Shown here: positions 12,129 to 25,297 of the stretch, one piece after another
Position numbering within the stretch: the first letter of the stretch is position 1
How the letters are laid out: each line of letters begins with the position of its first letter
DNA from: Geosiphon pyriformis uo1
Taxonomy: Eukaryota; Fungi; Glomeromycota
DNA: 64,000 nt
Assembly (NCBI GenBank): GCA_016748015.1
Contig: JAAOMT010000630.1
Location: forward strand, 345,585-409,584
Direction of reading: 5' to 3'
The notes under the pieces: generated by a model
Seen by the model: the letters and a program-made list of their open reading frames with translations, nothing else
What the model was told of the DNA's origin: nothing
Databases searched by the model: none
Program-made: the position numbers and the translations under genes

Positions 12129-14258
12129 TCATGAAACGTTTTGATTACCAAGATCTGAATTGAAATGACAAGGAGTAGCACGCCAATTAAACACTTTTGG
12201 TCCCGACTTTATTCGACTTTGCTCAAGAATATATGTCCAAGTAATCGGACCACCATTATACCCTTCAGACCCTTTACTACCTAATCGATTCAGCCTAAAA
12301 GGTTTCCCGGTTTTTGGAGTTTCTTCTTCGGCATCAAAGTTTTTATTCACTTGGTGATTAGGGACTTGAGGTTGATACGATGCTACTTCATTTGATCCTA
12401 TCACACCATCTTGCTTCGTTGGTGATCCGTTATCTTCTTCTTCAGATGAGAAAATATCGTCATCTATTTCGGTGAGATCACTTGTTTCGTAATTGGAATC
12501 AGAAAAGAGGTAGTCACGTCGCTTATCGACGGCAGTTTGGCGTATTAAAGGCGCGATTGCTTTCCTCATCATATAAAAGTTAGATTTCTTCTCATTTGAC
12601 AGTTTCATGCTGTCCTCTTGTTTATCTGAATTCTGCGAAGGATATTCTTCATTAACGGTTTTAGAGGCCTTCTGGTCTTTACCTTTTCTACGTGCTTCAC
12701 GTAATCTTTTTCTCTCTCTATGGACCCATTTTCTAACAGCCTTTAGGGAATTCGGATGTTTTGGAAGACGTTCTCTCCTTGTCATATCACAAAACAAATA
12801 TTTTGAAAATGGCATCGGTTTCTTTCCTAACTTTAAAATCTCGTGGTATACAACTGTATTTGTACATTCAGGGTCCTTTAAACGTAGCTCATAATAATAC
12901 ATAAGCTCATCAATAAACTTCAATTCCTCTTCACTTAGAGGAGAGCAATTTCGTAATCTAGCCGGTTGGGTCCAAGTTGAATAATCAGTATACTTTATTT
13001 CAGGTTCCGGGTCAGATGATGATGATGACAAATCTGATGATGAATCCGAAGATGAGGATGTGGACGGCTGTTTAAACCTTTTCGATGGCGGTGGCGATGA
13101 TTCATCTGTAAAGCCTTTGATGCGGGCGTATTCTGAAAATGGCGGAGTTGATGGTGTTAAGAGTGATCGAGGTGGTTTGTATCCATTATCAGTAGAGCAT
13201 TTCAATCGTAGTTTCGATTTAGTAGCTTGATTGGCCTTTCGACGACGTTTGGATGATACATCCCATTCTTCAATGGCGCTTTCATCACTCGACATCCAAT
13301 CAGTATAAACAGGGACTTTTCCAACCGCAACGCGTCGGAGTCGTTTAGACCAGTTACTATCGACTGAGGGTGACATACGATCAATTGATCCTGATTCAGA
13401 TAAATATTCCTCACTTGAATTTCCATCTGATTCATCGTTTGGGTATTGATCTTCAATCTCCTTCGATGATGGACTAAAATAACTAAAAGTGTGAAAGCTA
13501 CTTGAATAGTATAACTCTGAGCTGTGATCGTAATTTAATGCTTTTCTGGACTTAAAGTCAGAAATTTTATTATTGCCAACCACACTGGGAGTTTTAGTTG
13601 GGGAAGATGGGTTTTCATTTAATTCATTTTCCGATCCATTTTGAGTTTTATTCGGATTATGAATGCCTTGCTGAAAGAGACCCAAAGCTTCAGTTGCCAA
13701 AAGGGTTAAAGAATCTTGAGTGGAAAGATCTTGATAGCTCACAGTGACCTCTTTTACCGCTAACTCGTCCTCTTTTTCTTCTGAAGGCCGATATTGTTTT
13801 GGACCCTCGGAAGCGGCAAATTGAGAAAACGGGACATCTTTTTCTTGGAAAGTAACAGTCCGACTTTCGGAAACCGAAGGCGTGATAGTGGAAGGTTGGG
13901 AAAGCTTAAAATAAGCTTCTGCATATTCTTTGGTTGATTTATTAGAAGCTTCTATCGAGGATAATGGTTCAATATTGATAGGGGAAATCAAGCTATCCAC
14001 AGCCATGATCTTGTCCCCATTTGATTTGTTCGAGGTTGGAAGCTGATTAGATTCTTTTTTTGGTACTTGTTGCTTGGGTTGTCGGTTGTATATTCGAAGA
14101 TCGATTCGATTATGTAGTTTGAAATCGCCCTTATACCGAGGAGGTGTTAGCGAAGTAATGACGCTATTTGGTCGGCCAGAAGTTGAGTCGTGATCCAAAT
14201 GTTGATAATTTGATGAAATCGTTTCAGACGATGACCCTGAAGAGTTGTGAGAGTCCAT
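12129..14258 (-). CDS. Hypothetical Ser/acidic-rich, largely disordered protein (709 aa); possible extra 5' exon 14501..14448 spliced to 14315
   Basis: 2.1-kb open frame in a GC-elevated island, with basic clusters (KRRRK, HRERKRLREARRK) and no domain I recognise. The candidate exon MDVSSSSSSKSEKPPKSA|GTATGT joins in frame at an AAG acceptor. Confidence 0.75.
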   Translation of the reverse strand: MDSHNSSGSSSETISSNYQHLDHDSTSGRPNSVITSLTPPRYKGDFKLHNRIDLRIYNRQPKQQVPKKESNQLPTSNKSNGDKIMAVDSLISPINIEPLSSIEASNKSTKEYAEAYFKLSQPSTITPSVSESRTVTFQEKDVPFSQFAASEGPKQYRPSEEKEDELAVKEVTVSYQDLSTQDSLTLLATEALGLFQQGIHNPNKTQNGSENELNENPSSPTKTPSVVGNNKISDFKSRKALNYDHSSELYYSSSFHTFSYFSPSSKEIEDQYPNDESDGNSSEEYLSESGSIDRMSPSVDSNWSKRLRRVAVGKVPVYTDWMSSDESAIEEWDVSSKRRRKANQATKSKLRLKCSTDNGYKPPRSLLTPSTPPFSEYARIKGFTDESSPPPSKRFKQPSTSSSSDSSSDLSSSSSDPEPEIKYTDYSTWTQPARLRNCSPLSEEELKFIDELMYYYELRLKDPECTNTVVYHEILKLGKKPMPFSKYLFCDMTRRERLPKHPNSLKAVRKWVHRERKRLREARRKGKDQKASKTVNEEYPSQNSDKQEDSMKLSNEKKSNFYMMRKAIAPLIRQTAVDKRRDYLFSDSNYETSDLTEIDDDIFSSEEEDNGSPTKQDGVIGSNEVASYQPQVPNHQVNKNFDAEEETPKTGKPFRLNRLGSKGSEGYNGGPITWTYILEQSRIKSGPKVFNWRATPCHFNSDLGNQNVS

Positions 14259-16985
14259 TGCTCGACGAGAATCCCGAGACCAGATTTCGATCGCTCTAGT
14301 CGTGCCAAATAAAGACTTTCAAAGTTTTCGGTAGAATTTTAATTTTAATTTCGTAACGAAAAATCAGTATGTGGGAAGTTTAAATTTAAATTTGGTTTAA
14401 CAGTAAGGATTCTTGACTTCAAAATTTATTGAAAAAGATATACATACCGCACTTTTGGGAGGCTTTTCGCTCTTTGAAGATGATGACGAAGAAACATCCA
14501 TGGGTCATTAAGTTGTTGAATTGAACGCGTTGTGAATTGTAAATATTTTAAGAATTCACTCGTTCACGTCATGTACTTCACTTTACCGAAAACTTAATGG
14601 ACGTGATAATCTTTGAGCGTCAAGTGCGTTGTTCGTCAAAAAACGACAACTAGTAGATAAGGTTTTCAAATTTTTTTTTTGGATAGTGAAGGAACGCGGA
14701 GGTTGGCCTTCAATCCCATCCCCTGCTGAAATGACTATGTGACTGAATTTATGTCATGTTCGACTGCATTACCAGAAGTAATAATATTCAAAATTTGAGC
14801 AGGGATGGTGAATGCATCAAATGCATGTACGACGCAAACATTGAAGGGCTTTACGATTTGGTAAATTGGCATGGGAAAATCGGGCTGGTTTGACGATCAT
14901 GGGGTCATATTGTTCTTTTGTCCTGTGAAGTTTTTCAAAAAGCATTTTTAAAATATGATTTTTTTTTCGTAGACAAGAAAAATTCAAAATAGATTTAAAC
15001 AGAATAATTGAATTTCAGAATCTAAGGATTATTTGATAAAATAAAGATGGTTATTATTAATAAAAGACTTGGAATTGAAAATTCTCTCATGCCAAAACAA
15101 AAACGAGAAATAAAAAAATGAGTAATACATAATTTTTGAATAGAAAAAAAAGATCTGTAAAAAGATTATAATAAGGATAGAATTTTTATTTTTATATTTA
15201 TTTGAAAACTTTAAAAAACATATAATATATAATTTTTTTAAAAATTTTAATATAATACATAAATGTGTATAAAAATATAATTATTTTATTAAATATATAC
15301 ATAATTTTTGTTTTAATTGTATATTGTTAAAAAATTTAATTAAAAATAATTTAACTTTAAATATTTATTTTTTATTATGAAAATTGAAAAAAAAATTATT
15401 CTTTTATATTTTAAATAATTGTAATTAATTCTTTTTTTTATATTGTTAAATATATTTGTTAAATTTTGAAAAATTTTAATAAAACAAAGTTTAAAAATTT
15501 AATATAAACTAAGTTATATTATTGATATTTGTATATACATATTAGTAAAAGTATAATAAACAAAGAATATATTAATATTGTCTCATTTTAAATTTGTTTT
15601 CTAAACATTTATTTATTGTTTTTCTTATAGATAATTTTGCATTATAATAAAAAAAAATAGTTTTTTGAATTAAGAAAATCATATATATTGAATTTAAATT
15701 GAACAATCAATTTAAAATTTTGTTGTCATTTAAAACAAATGATTTCAAAAATCAAATTTTTAATAATAATAACACCGTTTATTTTTTGTAAATTTTATTG
15801 ATTTCACGGTCATTTCAAATTAATAGTGATTAAAAATTTTGAAATTATTAGATTTCATATAAGTCAATTAAAAACAATAACAACTACATACAATTTGGCA
15901 TATAAAATTTATGAAAATTATTATATTTTAAAATATAAAAGTAATTAAAATTTGGCTATATATATAAATATTAATAATTCGGGTTTAATTCATCTTTTCA
16001 GAATAAGGTAGATTAATATTTTAATTTCTAGAATTCGAACGAATTTTTGCTATTGCCATTGAGAATTTGATATAATTTTTGATAATCACATTTGGAAAAA
16101 TCTTGTTTTCGATTTAAAAATGATTATATTATTTCCTTAACGAATATTTTGTTTTAAAACAATATATGTGCTTACTTTTGAGTTTTTGCTACGGATACAT
16201 TTATAGCTAATCTCATTAACCAACTAGAAGTAAATGCTAAGTTTTTCAAAGCACGTGTTAATAACACTAATGCGATTAATGAAATCAATTCACTTGTAGA
16301 TTCAAAAATTCTACTCATCGATTTGTCTAATCAAATTCTTGATTTTTGAAAATTATAATTTCATTAATTGTTTTGGGACTGGAAATGATATTTAAATATA
16401 ATATATTTTATCTTATCAATCCAACTATAAATTTTTTTCAAATTCATTGCCCTCGTTGTCAAATTGATTGAAATTACCTACACACAAGTATAATTCTTAT
16501 TCATACATTACTTTCCTAAAAGATGTTTTTGTGAACTACTTGTTTTCAAATAGGTTACGTAAAAGATCTGAAAAATTGTTTTTATTAAAAGATAAATTTA
16601 TATTACCCCCCTCAAGTTTCTCTAATGGTCTTTAGAACTCTAAATCCTATAGGTGACTCGAGATTTTCTGAACTAACTAACATGAAACGTAGATTTGGTG
16701 TAAAAAGTTCTTTGAGACTTGACATTCAAAAATAATTATATCAGAATTATATCATTTTCTATGAATAAGCGTATTTTGTAATTTATTCTCATCCTCCCAA
16801 AAAAGGACTAGTTTTTTATAGACAATCGAAAATTTTCTCATGGAAACTAACATACTTTAAAGTTGCTATTTCATTTTTGCTAAGTGATGACATGGTACAA
16901 GTACGTATGTATATACACTCAGAATCATATTTAAATTGATCTCTCACTTGAATTCACTGTATAAGCCAACTAACTCGGCACAAAT

Positions 16986-18464
16986 ATGACCGAGGTTTCT
17001 AACTTTCAAATAAAGCTATGCGCTGATATTGGAAAAATTCTGGAGCAAAATAATGTACACGATGTAATTATTCTTGTCGGTCAAGAACCAAACGTGAAAA
17101 AGTACAAGGCCCATTCTCTTATACTATGTGCGAGGTCGCGTTACTTTCGCATCGGTCTATCAGCTGATTGGGCAAAGAAACAAGATGGAATTTTTGTGTT
17201 TAAAAAGCCTAACATATTACCCGAAGTTTTTGAAATTATTTTAAAGTATGCTTTCGAATATTTAGTAATTGATGGTTATTTTTAAATGTCTTTACCATTT
17301 GTTAAACTTTTTCAAAACCTAAATAGATTTTTATACAGCGCAACTGTTGACCTGAAAGGTCAGGAAGGTTCAGAAATTTTGAAACTTTTGGTTGCAGTTG
17401 ATGAATTAGACTTGGATGATTTATCGGCTCATATACAACAACACTTGATCAAAGAGAAACGTGAATGGTTACACCAAGATCCCGTGCAAGTGCTTGATAT
17501 TGTTTTCAGGCATGAAGCGTGTCACAGCCTCCGTGATTATTGTCTCGAGGCTATTTGTGCAAGCCCGAAATTAATTTTTGAATCAAAGGGTTTTCGCTCT
17601 ATCGACAGATCAATTCTTTTAACGCTCGTGAAACGGGATGACCTTGAAATTGAAGAAATAAAAATTTGGGAGTATTTAATTGATTGGGGTACGGCACAAC
17701 ACACATCTTTAGGAAAGGAGGTTTCTAAATGGTCTCGAGAAGATTTCACTACAGTAGCAGCTACCTTAGAGCCGCTGCTCCCTCTAATCCGATGGGGAGA
17801 GATTAAGTCATTAGATTTTCAGCAAAAAGTTTTGCCTTATAAGCGAGTCCTACCCAAGCCTCTTTACAAAAGCATCATCGAGCATTATCTGAACTCGAGT
17901 ATACCAATTCAATCTACTTTGAAGGCTCGAGCCGCAATTCACATTGACTCCACCATAATTAATAAGAAGATTGCAGCTGTAATCGGTAATTGGATAGCAG
18001 GAACGAACTCGATATCAGAGCAAAACCATTCCTACAAATTTGAAAACTTGTTTCGCGCCAGTCGGGATGGATTTAATAATGGAACTTTTCATAGTAGATG
18101 TAATAACAAAGGACCTACAGTTACTATTGTGAAGCTTTTATCATACAATATTATTGTTGGCGCTTATAATCCTCTACACTGGACCAGTAATGGAACTTAT
18201 CAATATTCGGATTCTACTTTTATTTTTCAGTTTTCGGATTCAACGAGTCAATCAGGACAGATTGGTCGAATTAACAACTCTTACCAAAATACTGTTTATA
18301 ACCAATCTAATTATGGGCCAACTTTTGGTAGTGGAAATGATTTCTTTATAAATGGGACGTATTGGCGTCATTCTACAGGGAATAGTTATCCAAATATTTT
18401 TCCTTCCTTTAGTACAGGTAATAACTATCAGATGCAAGAATATGAAGTTTTTAGAGTTTTATAA
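16986..18464 (+). CDS. BTB/POZ-BACK-TLDc protein B4 (exons 16986..17245 and 17327..18464; 465 aa)
   Basis: BTB, BACK and TLDc motifs. 81-bp intron GTATGC...AATAG. The spliced frame is open. Confidence 0.92.
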
Positions 18465-19550
18465 AGCATTTAACTTGATTTCTTCCTTTTAAAGAGTGGT
18501 ATATAACATGATTATTTCTTTGCTTTATAAGTTTTCGTCAATTTGCTAGCCCGTGTTATCTGTTTACGAATAAAATTCAATAACTATAGCTTCAAAAAGA
18601 TGTTACATACTTCTATAGGCAAATTTGATTAAAAAATTATTTAACGTATTCAGAATTTAATTTTAAACCTGATGTTTAATAATGATAAAATTGGTAATTT
18701 TAACTTATTGAAACCAAGAAAGCGACTTTTTTTCTAATAAAAGTGTTAGTTTCACAAATAAAGAAACTAAAGTATCTAAAATTTATGTGCTTTTCAAATT
18801 TTTCCTACGTATTAAAATACCATTGACAAAAACAGTTTGATGAGTTTAAAAATGGGAAATTAGTAATTATTAAATTGATTTTTTAAACTGATATTGAAAA
18901 TAACATAAGATCTCTAATACTAAACCAACAGTTTTATTTGTAAGTAATTTATATTATTTGATTTTTATTTGCATCATAGTATTTTATTAGACTTAATTAT
19001 TATCATTTAAACATTTAAACTATTCAGTTATTTCTTCGCATTTTTATAGTTTAATGTATATTTAATCTATGATTTACATGATTAGTTTTATATATAACCG
19101 TTTATTTGTTCTGCAATAAATTAATTCTTAACTAATTAGTTTTCTCTTTTTAATACATGATATATTAATATTTCGCTGTATTATTAGTATATTCTTTAAT
19201 TATTTTTATAATTTTTACAAATGAAAAATTATTATTAAAATAAACTACAAAATCTGAATTAAAAACAAAAATAGACAAAATAATAAATAATAAAATTGGA
19301 AAATAGTAATTAATATTAATCTTATTATATAATAATGTTTTTTTAACCAAATTCTTAATCTAATTAATATTAACTATTAGTAAAATAAAATTTCAATAAA
19401 TAATAATTTATATTGTTGCAGGCCAAATAAAAAAATTAACAACTAGCAAAAAATAGAATAAATAAAAACAATAATTAAATAATATAACATAAATAATTGA
19501 GATAATTTAAATACAAATATAAAAGATAACAATATAATATTTTATATTAT
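18465..19550. repeat. 3' flank of B4, inverted repeat of the B6 3' flank (about 28650..29830)
   Basis: gttttcgtcaatttgctagcccgtgttatctgtttacgaataaaattc and following blocks are reverse-complementary to 29830 downwards. Similarity decays with distance from the gene. Confidence 0.85.
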
Positions 19551-22500
19551 ATATAATTTATAGAAACATAATAAATTATAACAATTATTCTCTTTATAGT
19601 TGAATTTTATAATTATAATTACATTATCAGTATTTTTATTGAATAGAAAAAACAGAAAATTTGAATAATTATTTATTGCGTTCCAAAAGTACATTATAAC
19701 ACAAAGTTGTTTTTTTTGAAATTTTGCAAAATATTTTACTGTTCATAGAACAATTTTAAAAACAAAGTAATAAGAAATTAATTTCCTTTAAAATTTAAAT
19801 ATTTAAGTTTGGTAAGAAACAAATTATGTTTATAAATATAAATTTAGTCTGTAAAAACTATACTTAATAATTTATTTATGCAATCAAATTAATTTAATGA
19901 ATAACTTTTTTCATTTTACAAATAAAAAAATAAAAACTTTTCTAATTTTTATTAAAAACTGTTTATTTTTTTAGCTGTACAATTTAATAATTTTTTAAAT
20001 TTCTTCTAGTTGGCTATATTTTAAAAATTATAATTTGAAAACAATGATATTCAATTAAAATTATTAATACATTTACTTATAGTTTTTTTATTCTTAATTT
20101 CAGTTATTTTAAATACAGTTTATGTTTCAGTAAAAAAATATTGACAACCATATTTTAAAAGAATACGCATTAAGCAATTTCAAAATTGTTTTTTGAAATA
20201 TTGTGTTAAAATATGTTAATTTATTAACTTATCTTTAAAAAAATTTATAACATAAATTTGAAAGAAGAATTAATATATTTAAAATTTGGGTGCTATTATT
20301 AGTTGAAAATTAATTCTTCATTTTGATTAATTTTTTTGCACGCAATGATTATTTGTTTTGCGCTTTTTTAATTCACTTTTTAAGTGGGTTTTTTTTGCTG
20401 CTTTTTGGTTTTAGTATTTTTTTTGTATAAACATATATTTTATTTTACTGATATATATTCTTCAAAATTTTAGCTTAGATTTTAACAATTTTATATTTTT
20501 AAAAATATTAATAAAGTATTGCAAATATTTTGAAAATTTTTGTTTATATGTATTTAAGGTTAATAAAGTTAAATTATATAAAAAGTTTGCTAGATACCTA
20601 CAAGATTTATAATTATAAATATTACTATGCATTATTTTTTATAGCAAGAATTTTCTAAAATTTATTTATATTCATGTTTAAACATAGTTCACAAAAAGTA
20701 AATGCTTCTTAATTGCTTAATTAATTTTGTTAAAATTCTTATTGTGCATATGTTTTTAATAAAACTTAATAAGTAAATAAAAACAATTTTTTATAATTAT
20801 ATTTATTAAGTCTGAATAAGATTTTTTCAACAAAAAATATTTATTTTTAATTTTATGTACAATTTTATTATTTAATATTTAATTTATGGTCTTTTTGATC
20901 ACATTCTAAATTTTGCATATTTAGTATTATTTTAATATTTGTATTTTTTTATGTTTATTCAAGACTATTGCAAAATCAAAACAGCAAACAAGTCATTATT
21001 TGTTTAAAATAAATTTGTAAACATAATAAATAAGTATAAATTGAAATTAATTGCTATTACTTAATTTAAAATTGCAACTATGTATAAATTAAGGCTTTTA
21101 TTTATTGAAATAATATTTTTAATTTTAAAGTTTTTGATAATTATATAAATATTAAAATATTTAGAATTATTAAATGTTTAAAATATAGTTTTAATATATA
21201 AAGGTATTTTGTTTTACAATAATAATAATAATAATTAGATTTGTTTTATATAAATAATTTGAAAAACAATATATATTGTCAATTATCAGTATAAAATTTA
21301 AAAATTAAAATTTTTTAATGTTTTTTCTGGTTACTTATCTGCTTCTAAGTAGCTTCTTTTTTTTTACATTGTTTAGTCTTTTTTTTAATTAAATTTTTAG
21401 TTTTTGCTGAGAAATTATTGAAAAATGTCAAATTTTTTCTTTTTTCTGGTCATAACTAAATAACATTAGTTTTTGATTTATTTATTTGCAGCAACCAAAC
21501 CATTTTATTTTTGGATAGACTTTTTTTATCAATTTCGGTTTTATTTTCACTTTTGGCTTCAGTTTCAGTTTTTATATTAAATCTCTTTATGCTGTTTTAG
21601 ATTTGGTTTAGATCAACTAATATTTTAATCACAGATTTCTTGCAATATAGGATATAAATAAATTAAAAAAAATATTAATTAATATAAATACAATTTTGTA
21701 TAGCCTATTTTTTTATCTATAAAATAGTCATGTTTAAATAATTTGCCAAATTATTTACATTTGCTATAATACTTATATTTATCTTATATAGTGTTTATTA
21801 TAAATTTAAAGTATTAATGTCTTAATTATAATAGTGTTGTAATTGAATTTTTAGTTTTTAGTTTTAATAAATATTTGATTATATTTAGTTACATTTTTCC
21901 GAATTAGTTATTAATATAATTATTAACTTAATTATTAATCTAATTATAAATTAAATTATTAATAACATTACTAATCTGATTATTAAATTTTTTTAAAAAT
22001 TATATAAGAAAATACCTCAGTATTATTGAAGATATTTATATTAATCAAGTTTTAAAAACAATTTATTAGCAAGATTAATATTATAATTTTAATATCCTTT
22101 CATTATTATTTTTTTTGTTTAGCTTTTGTAAAGTAATTGAATAAAAATTTTCTGAAAAGTATAAACAATATTTGTTATTAAATTTTAAGAAGCATTAATT
22201 TAAAACATAGAATTTTAAAAGCTGTGTTATCTTTATTAATAATACAAACTATCTTTTTACATTTAAGTTTTATTAATTCTTTTTGAAAATAATAACAACT
22301 AAAATATCTATGAAATTAATTTTGCATATTATTTTTTACAAATTAAAATTACTTTTTTAGTTGAACTTTTCTTTGATCATTTTCTTATTATACAATATTT
22401 GTTTTTTTTGCTATTTAATAGTGTGTGTATTTTAATTCATAACAATATTTTATTAAAAAAAAATCAAGTAATTTTTTTAAACTTAAAATATAGTGTATTT

Positions 22501-23295
22501 TATTATGAATATTAATTTAAACAATATTTAAAAATTTGTGAATTTTGATAAAATTATAATTTATTAAAATGTTTTATAAATTATTAACACTAATAAAGCT
22601 GAATAATATTTTGATAATATAATTATAGTTATTTATTTTTTAAAATAGTGTAATTTTGATTGGCTAGTCATTAAATTATTATTTAAGTAATAAATAAGAT
22701 ATACATATATTTTTATTTAAAATTGCAAAATCAATTTATAATATTACAATAGTTTTATTTTGTAAATAATAATAATTTTTATAATTTTCAATTAATTATT
22801 ATTATTATTTAATTATATTATTATTATACTGTTACAATTGAATTTCAATTCAATAAAATTCATGACTCTTTTTTTATTTTTTAATCATGTATTAGTAATT
22901 ATATTATATATTTTAAATTATTTAACTTAATTATTGAATTATTCAGTTAATTTAGTTGTTAACTTAATCAATTTTTTTATTGAATATATAAAAAAACTCT
23001 CTTAAAACTGCGAAAAAGCATTACTTTTAAATTAGACAATCTTTTTCTTAATACTTTAAGTTAATACAAAGGCATTTTTTTCAACAATAATATTAAAATT
23101 AACTTAAAAAATAAAAAATCTGCTTATATGATATGAAATGTGAAACTGATTTTTTAATTGAATTATTATATATTTGATTTGGTTTTTTCAAGTAATTTTT
23201 ATTAATTTATATTGTTACAATTGAATTTTGAATTTGAATATTATATATGCTTTATTCCTCTTTTTATTGTGTGTATAAAATTATTTTAAAACATG

Positions 23296-23950
23296 TTAAT
23301 ATTTTGTCGGCTTTCCATTCATATCCAAAACTCCTTTAGATTTTTGTGACATTGGATATACAACTTTCCAAAAAATTGAAGTACTAAATTGGACGACTTT
23401 TCTCTTAGAGCAGCCTTAATTCTTCTACAATCTTTAGAAAATTTTGGCGTTTCTGGATATTATTATCCAGATATTTTGATCGGATTAAAGTCGGGGATGT
23501 AGGCCAATTCATAGTTTTTTTGTAGACTATTTTATAGCTTCATTTACAGTATAAATTGTTGTATTATTTTGTTGAAACACCAAATTTTTCCTTTACCAAT
23601 AAACAAGCTATTTTGTAAAAATGGTTTAATATTTTTTTAAAAACCTTTGAATTAAATTTTCTATTAATTTTTTCTTTGTTTTTGTCAAAAATACTAACAG
23701 ACTCTTGATTTCTTTTATAAAAAATATCCAAACTATTACCAAGCTGATTAATTGTGTACGGATATGTTTCATATTTCCACCAAACAATATTTTGTCCAGC
23801 ATATGTTTAAATGTTGAAAAAAATAATAAACAAAAAATTTGAACTATGAATATTTCAATAGGAAAATTTTTACGTTTTTATTTATTAATCCGACGGGCAT
23901 TATTTTCCAACATGGTTGTAAATTGAGAATAGTAAAGATTATTCATGCTT
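23296..23950 (-). mobile_element. Degenerate Tc1/mariner transposase relic, distinct from the 5258..6525 element
   Basis: Minus-strand fragments in the correct order across frameshifts: NIVWWK, VFQQNNTTIYT (FQQDNAPIHT), NWP-SPDFNPI, NIQKRQNF..VEEL.AAL, GVLDMNGKPTKY*. Confidence 0.75.
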
Positions 23951-25297
23951 TTTTAATCTTTCATTTAATTTTCTTTAATATATGTATTCAGGTATTATTG
24001 CAAATCAATAAAATATAACAAATATTATTATTTGTTAAGTAAAACATTTGACAAAAGCTTTGTAGTTTTCTTTAACAGTTCAAACAAAATAAAAAGATAA
24101 AAAAATATCCATTGAATTTTATAAATTAAAAAGGTCATTAAAACACATCCTTACAAGTAATTACTATAATGATGATTATTATTATTATCAAAATATATAA
24201 AAAAACAAAATATTTATTGGTGACAAGAAAATATAAAGCCAGCTTTAATTTTTTGTATTTTTCTATTGTAATAATATAGTATTTTACTTTGCTTGAATAT
24301 TAAGTTCAATTTTCAAATATTCAATTTTCTTAAAATTACAATTGTATGCAATTTATCCCCGAAAAAATTTGGAGCTTTAATTTTTTTGACTTATTTTACT
24401 AATAAATTGATTCTTTTTAATTTTTTTTGTCATCAGATTTAAAACACGGGTAAAACATTTATAGTATAGTAATTCAACGTTTTCGTGGTTACATGCTAAA
24501 AAGTAATTGCGTATTTATCATTTGTGATAAGTGTTATTATTTTATTATTTAATTCAAATTTTTGAAGAAAAGTAATTGTCATTGCATATTAATACCTGTA
24601 TGTTAAATTGTAAAAAAAATGATATTAAATAAAAATTTTATAAATAATAACTTCTAAAAATTTTATAGCAAAATTTTTTTTGCAGATTGTTAAAATAGAT
24701 GGCACATTTTGTAATAATGTTTAACAAAGAAAATTATCATATAAATTATTATATAAAATTTCGAATGAATTAATTAATTTTGAATTTTAAATTCAAAAAG
24801 TAGATATAATTTATTTTTAAATTCTAATTTTTATTTTTTTACTTTTTATTTAAATACTAAATTAAATCATAGTATTTTTAAACAATGTGATTATAAAAAA
24901 TATATTATTATTACAAATAGCAAATAGAAATTAATTAATATCTATTAAGAATTATTAATACATTTGTAAATTGGCAATAAGCTGTTGACGCGTTAATTAT
25001 ATGATGAGCAATAAAAAAAAATAAACAAGGGGTAAAACTAGAAAGTCCATAACTGAGGATACAGATTTTTTTCCCATTATATAGTTTCCTTAATAATGAA
25101 ATCGATCAGGTTATTATCATCAACATCTAATCTTATCTATAACTGCGCTGGTGCTAAAAACCTTCAGAATAGATTATTCTTTGTAAAATGTGGGACTTTC
25201 CCTCTATATTCTCAGCATAAAGCTTTTTTAGATTTTGGCTATAAAAACCCCCCGGCTTATCGCTTTGCCTAAGGGCCTCGAGGAAAAGATTGTTAAT

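Noticed and set aside
17246-17326. Separate BTB ORF and BACK-TLDc ORF, or programmed frameshift, in each copy
   Set aside because: A conserved phase-2 GT-AG intron of 73-83 bp joins them in frame in every complete copy.
17537-18437. Recurrent antisense and alternative-frame ORFs (MKSSRDHLETS.., MHLIVITC.., MLALIILY..)
   Set aside because: They are shadows of the conserved BTB-TLDc coding sequence and recur only because the genes are paralogous.
19600-23200. Extremely AT-rich tracts (also about 27000..28600 and 31500..35800) as decayed LTR retroelements
   Set aside because: Plausible from composition, but I could not recover convincing motifs, LTRs or boundaries by eye.
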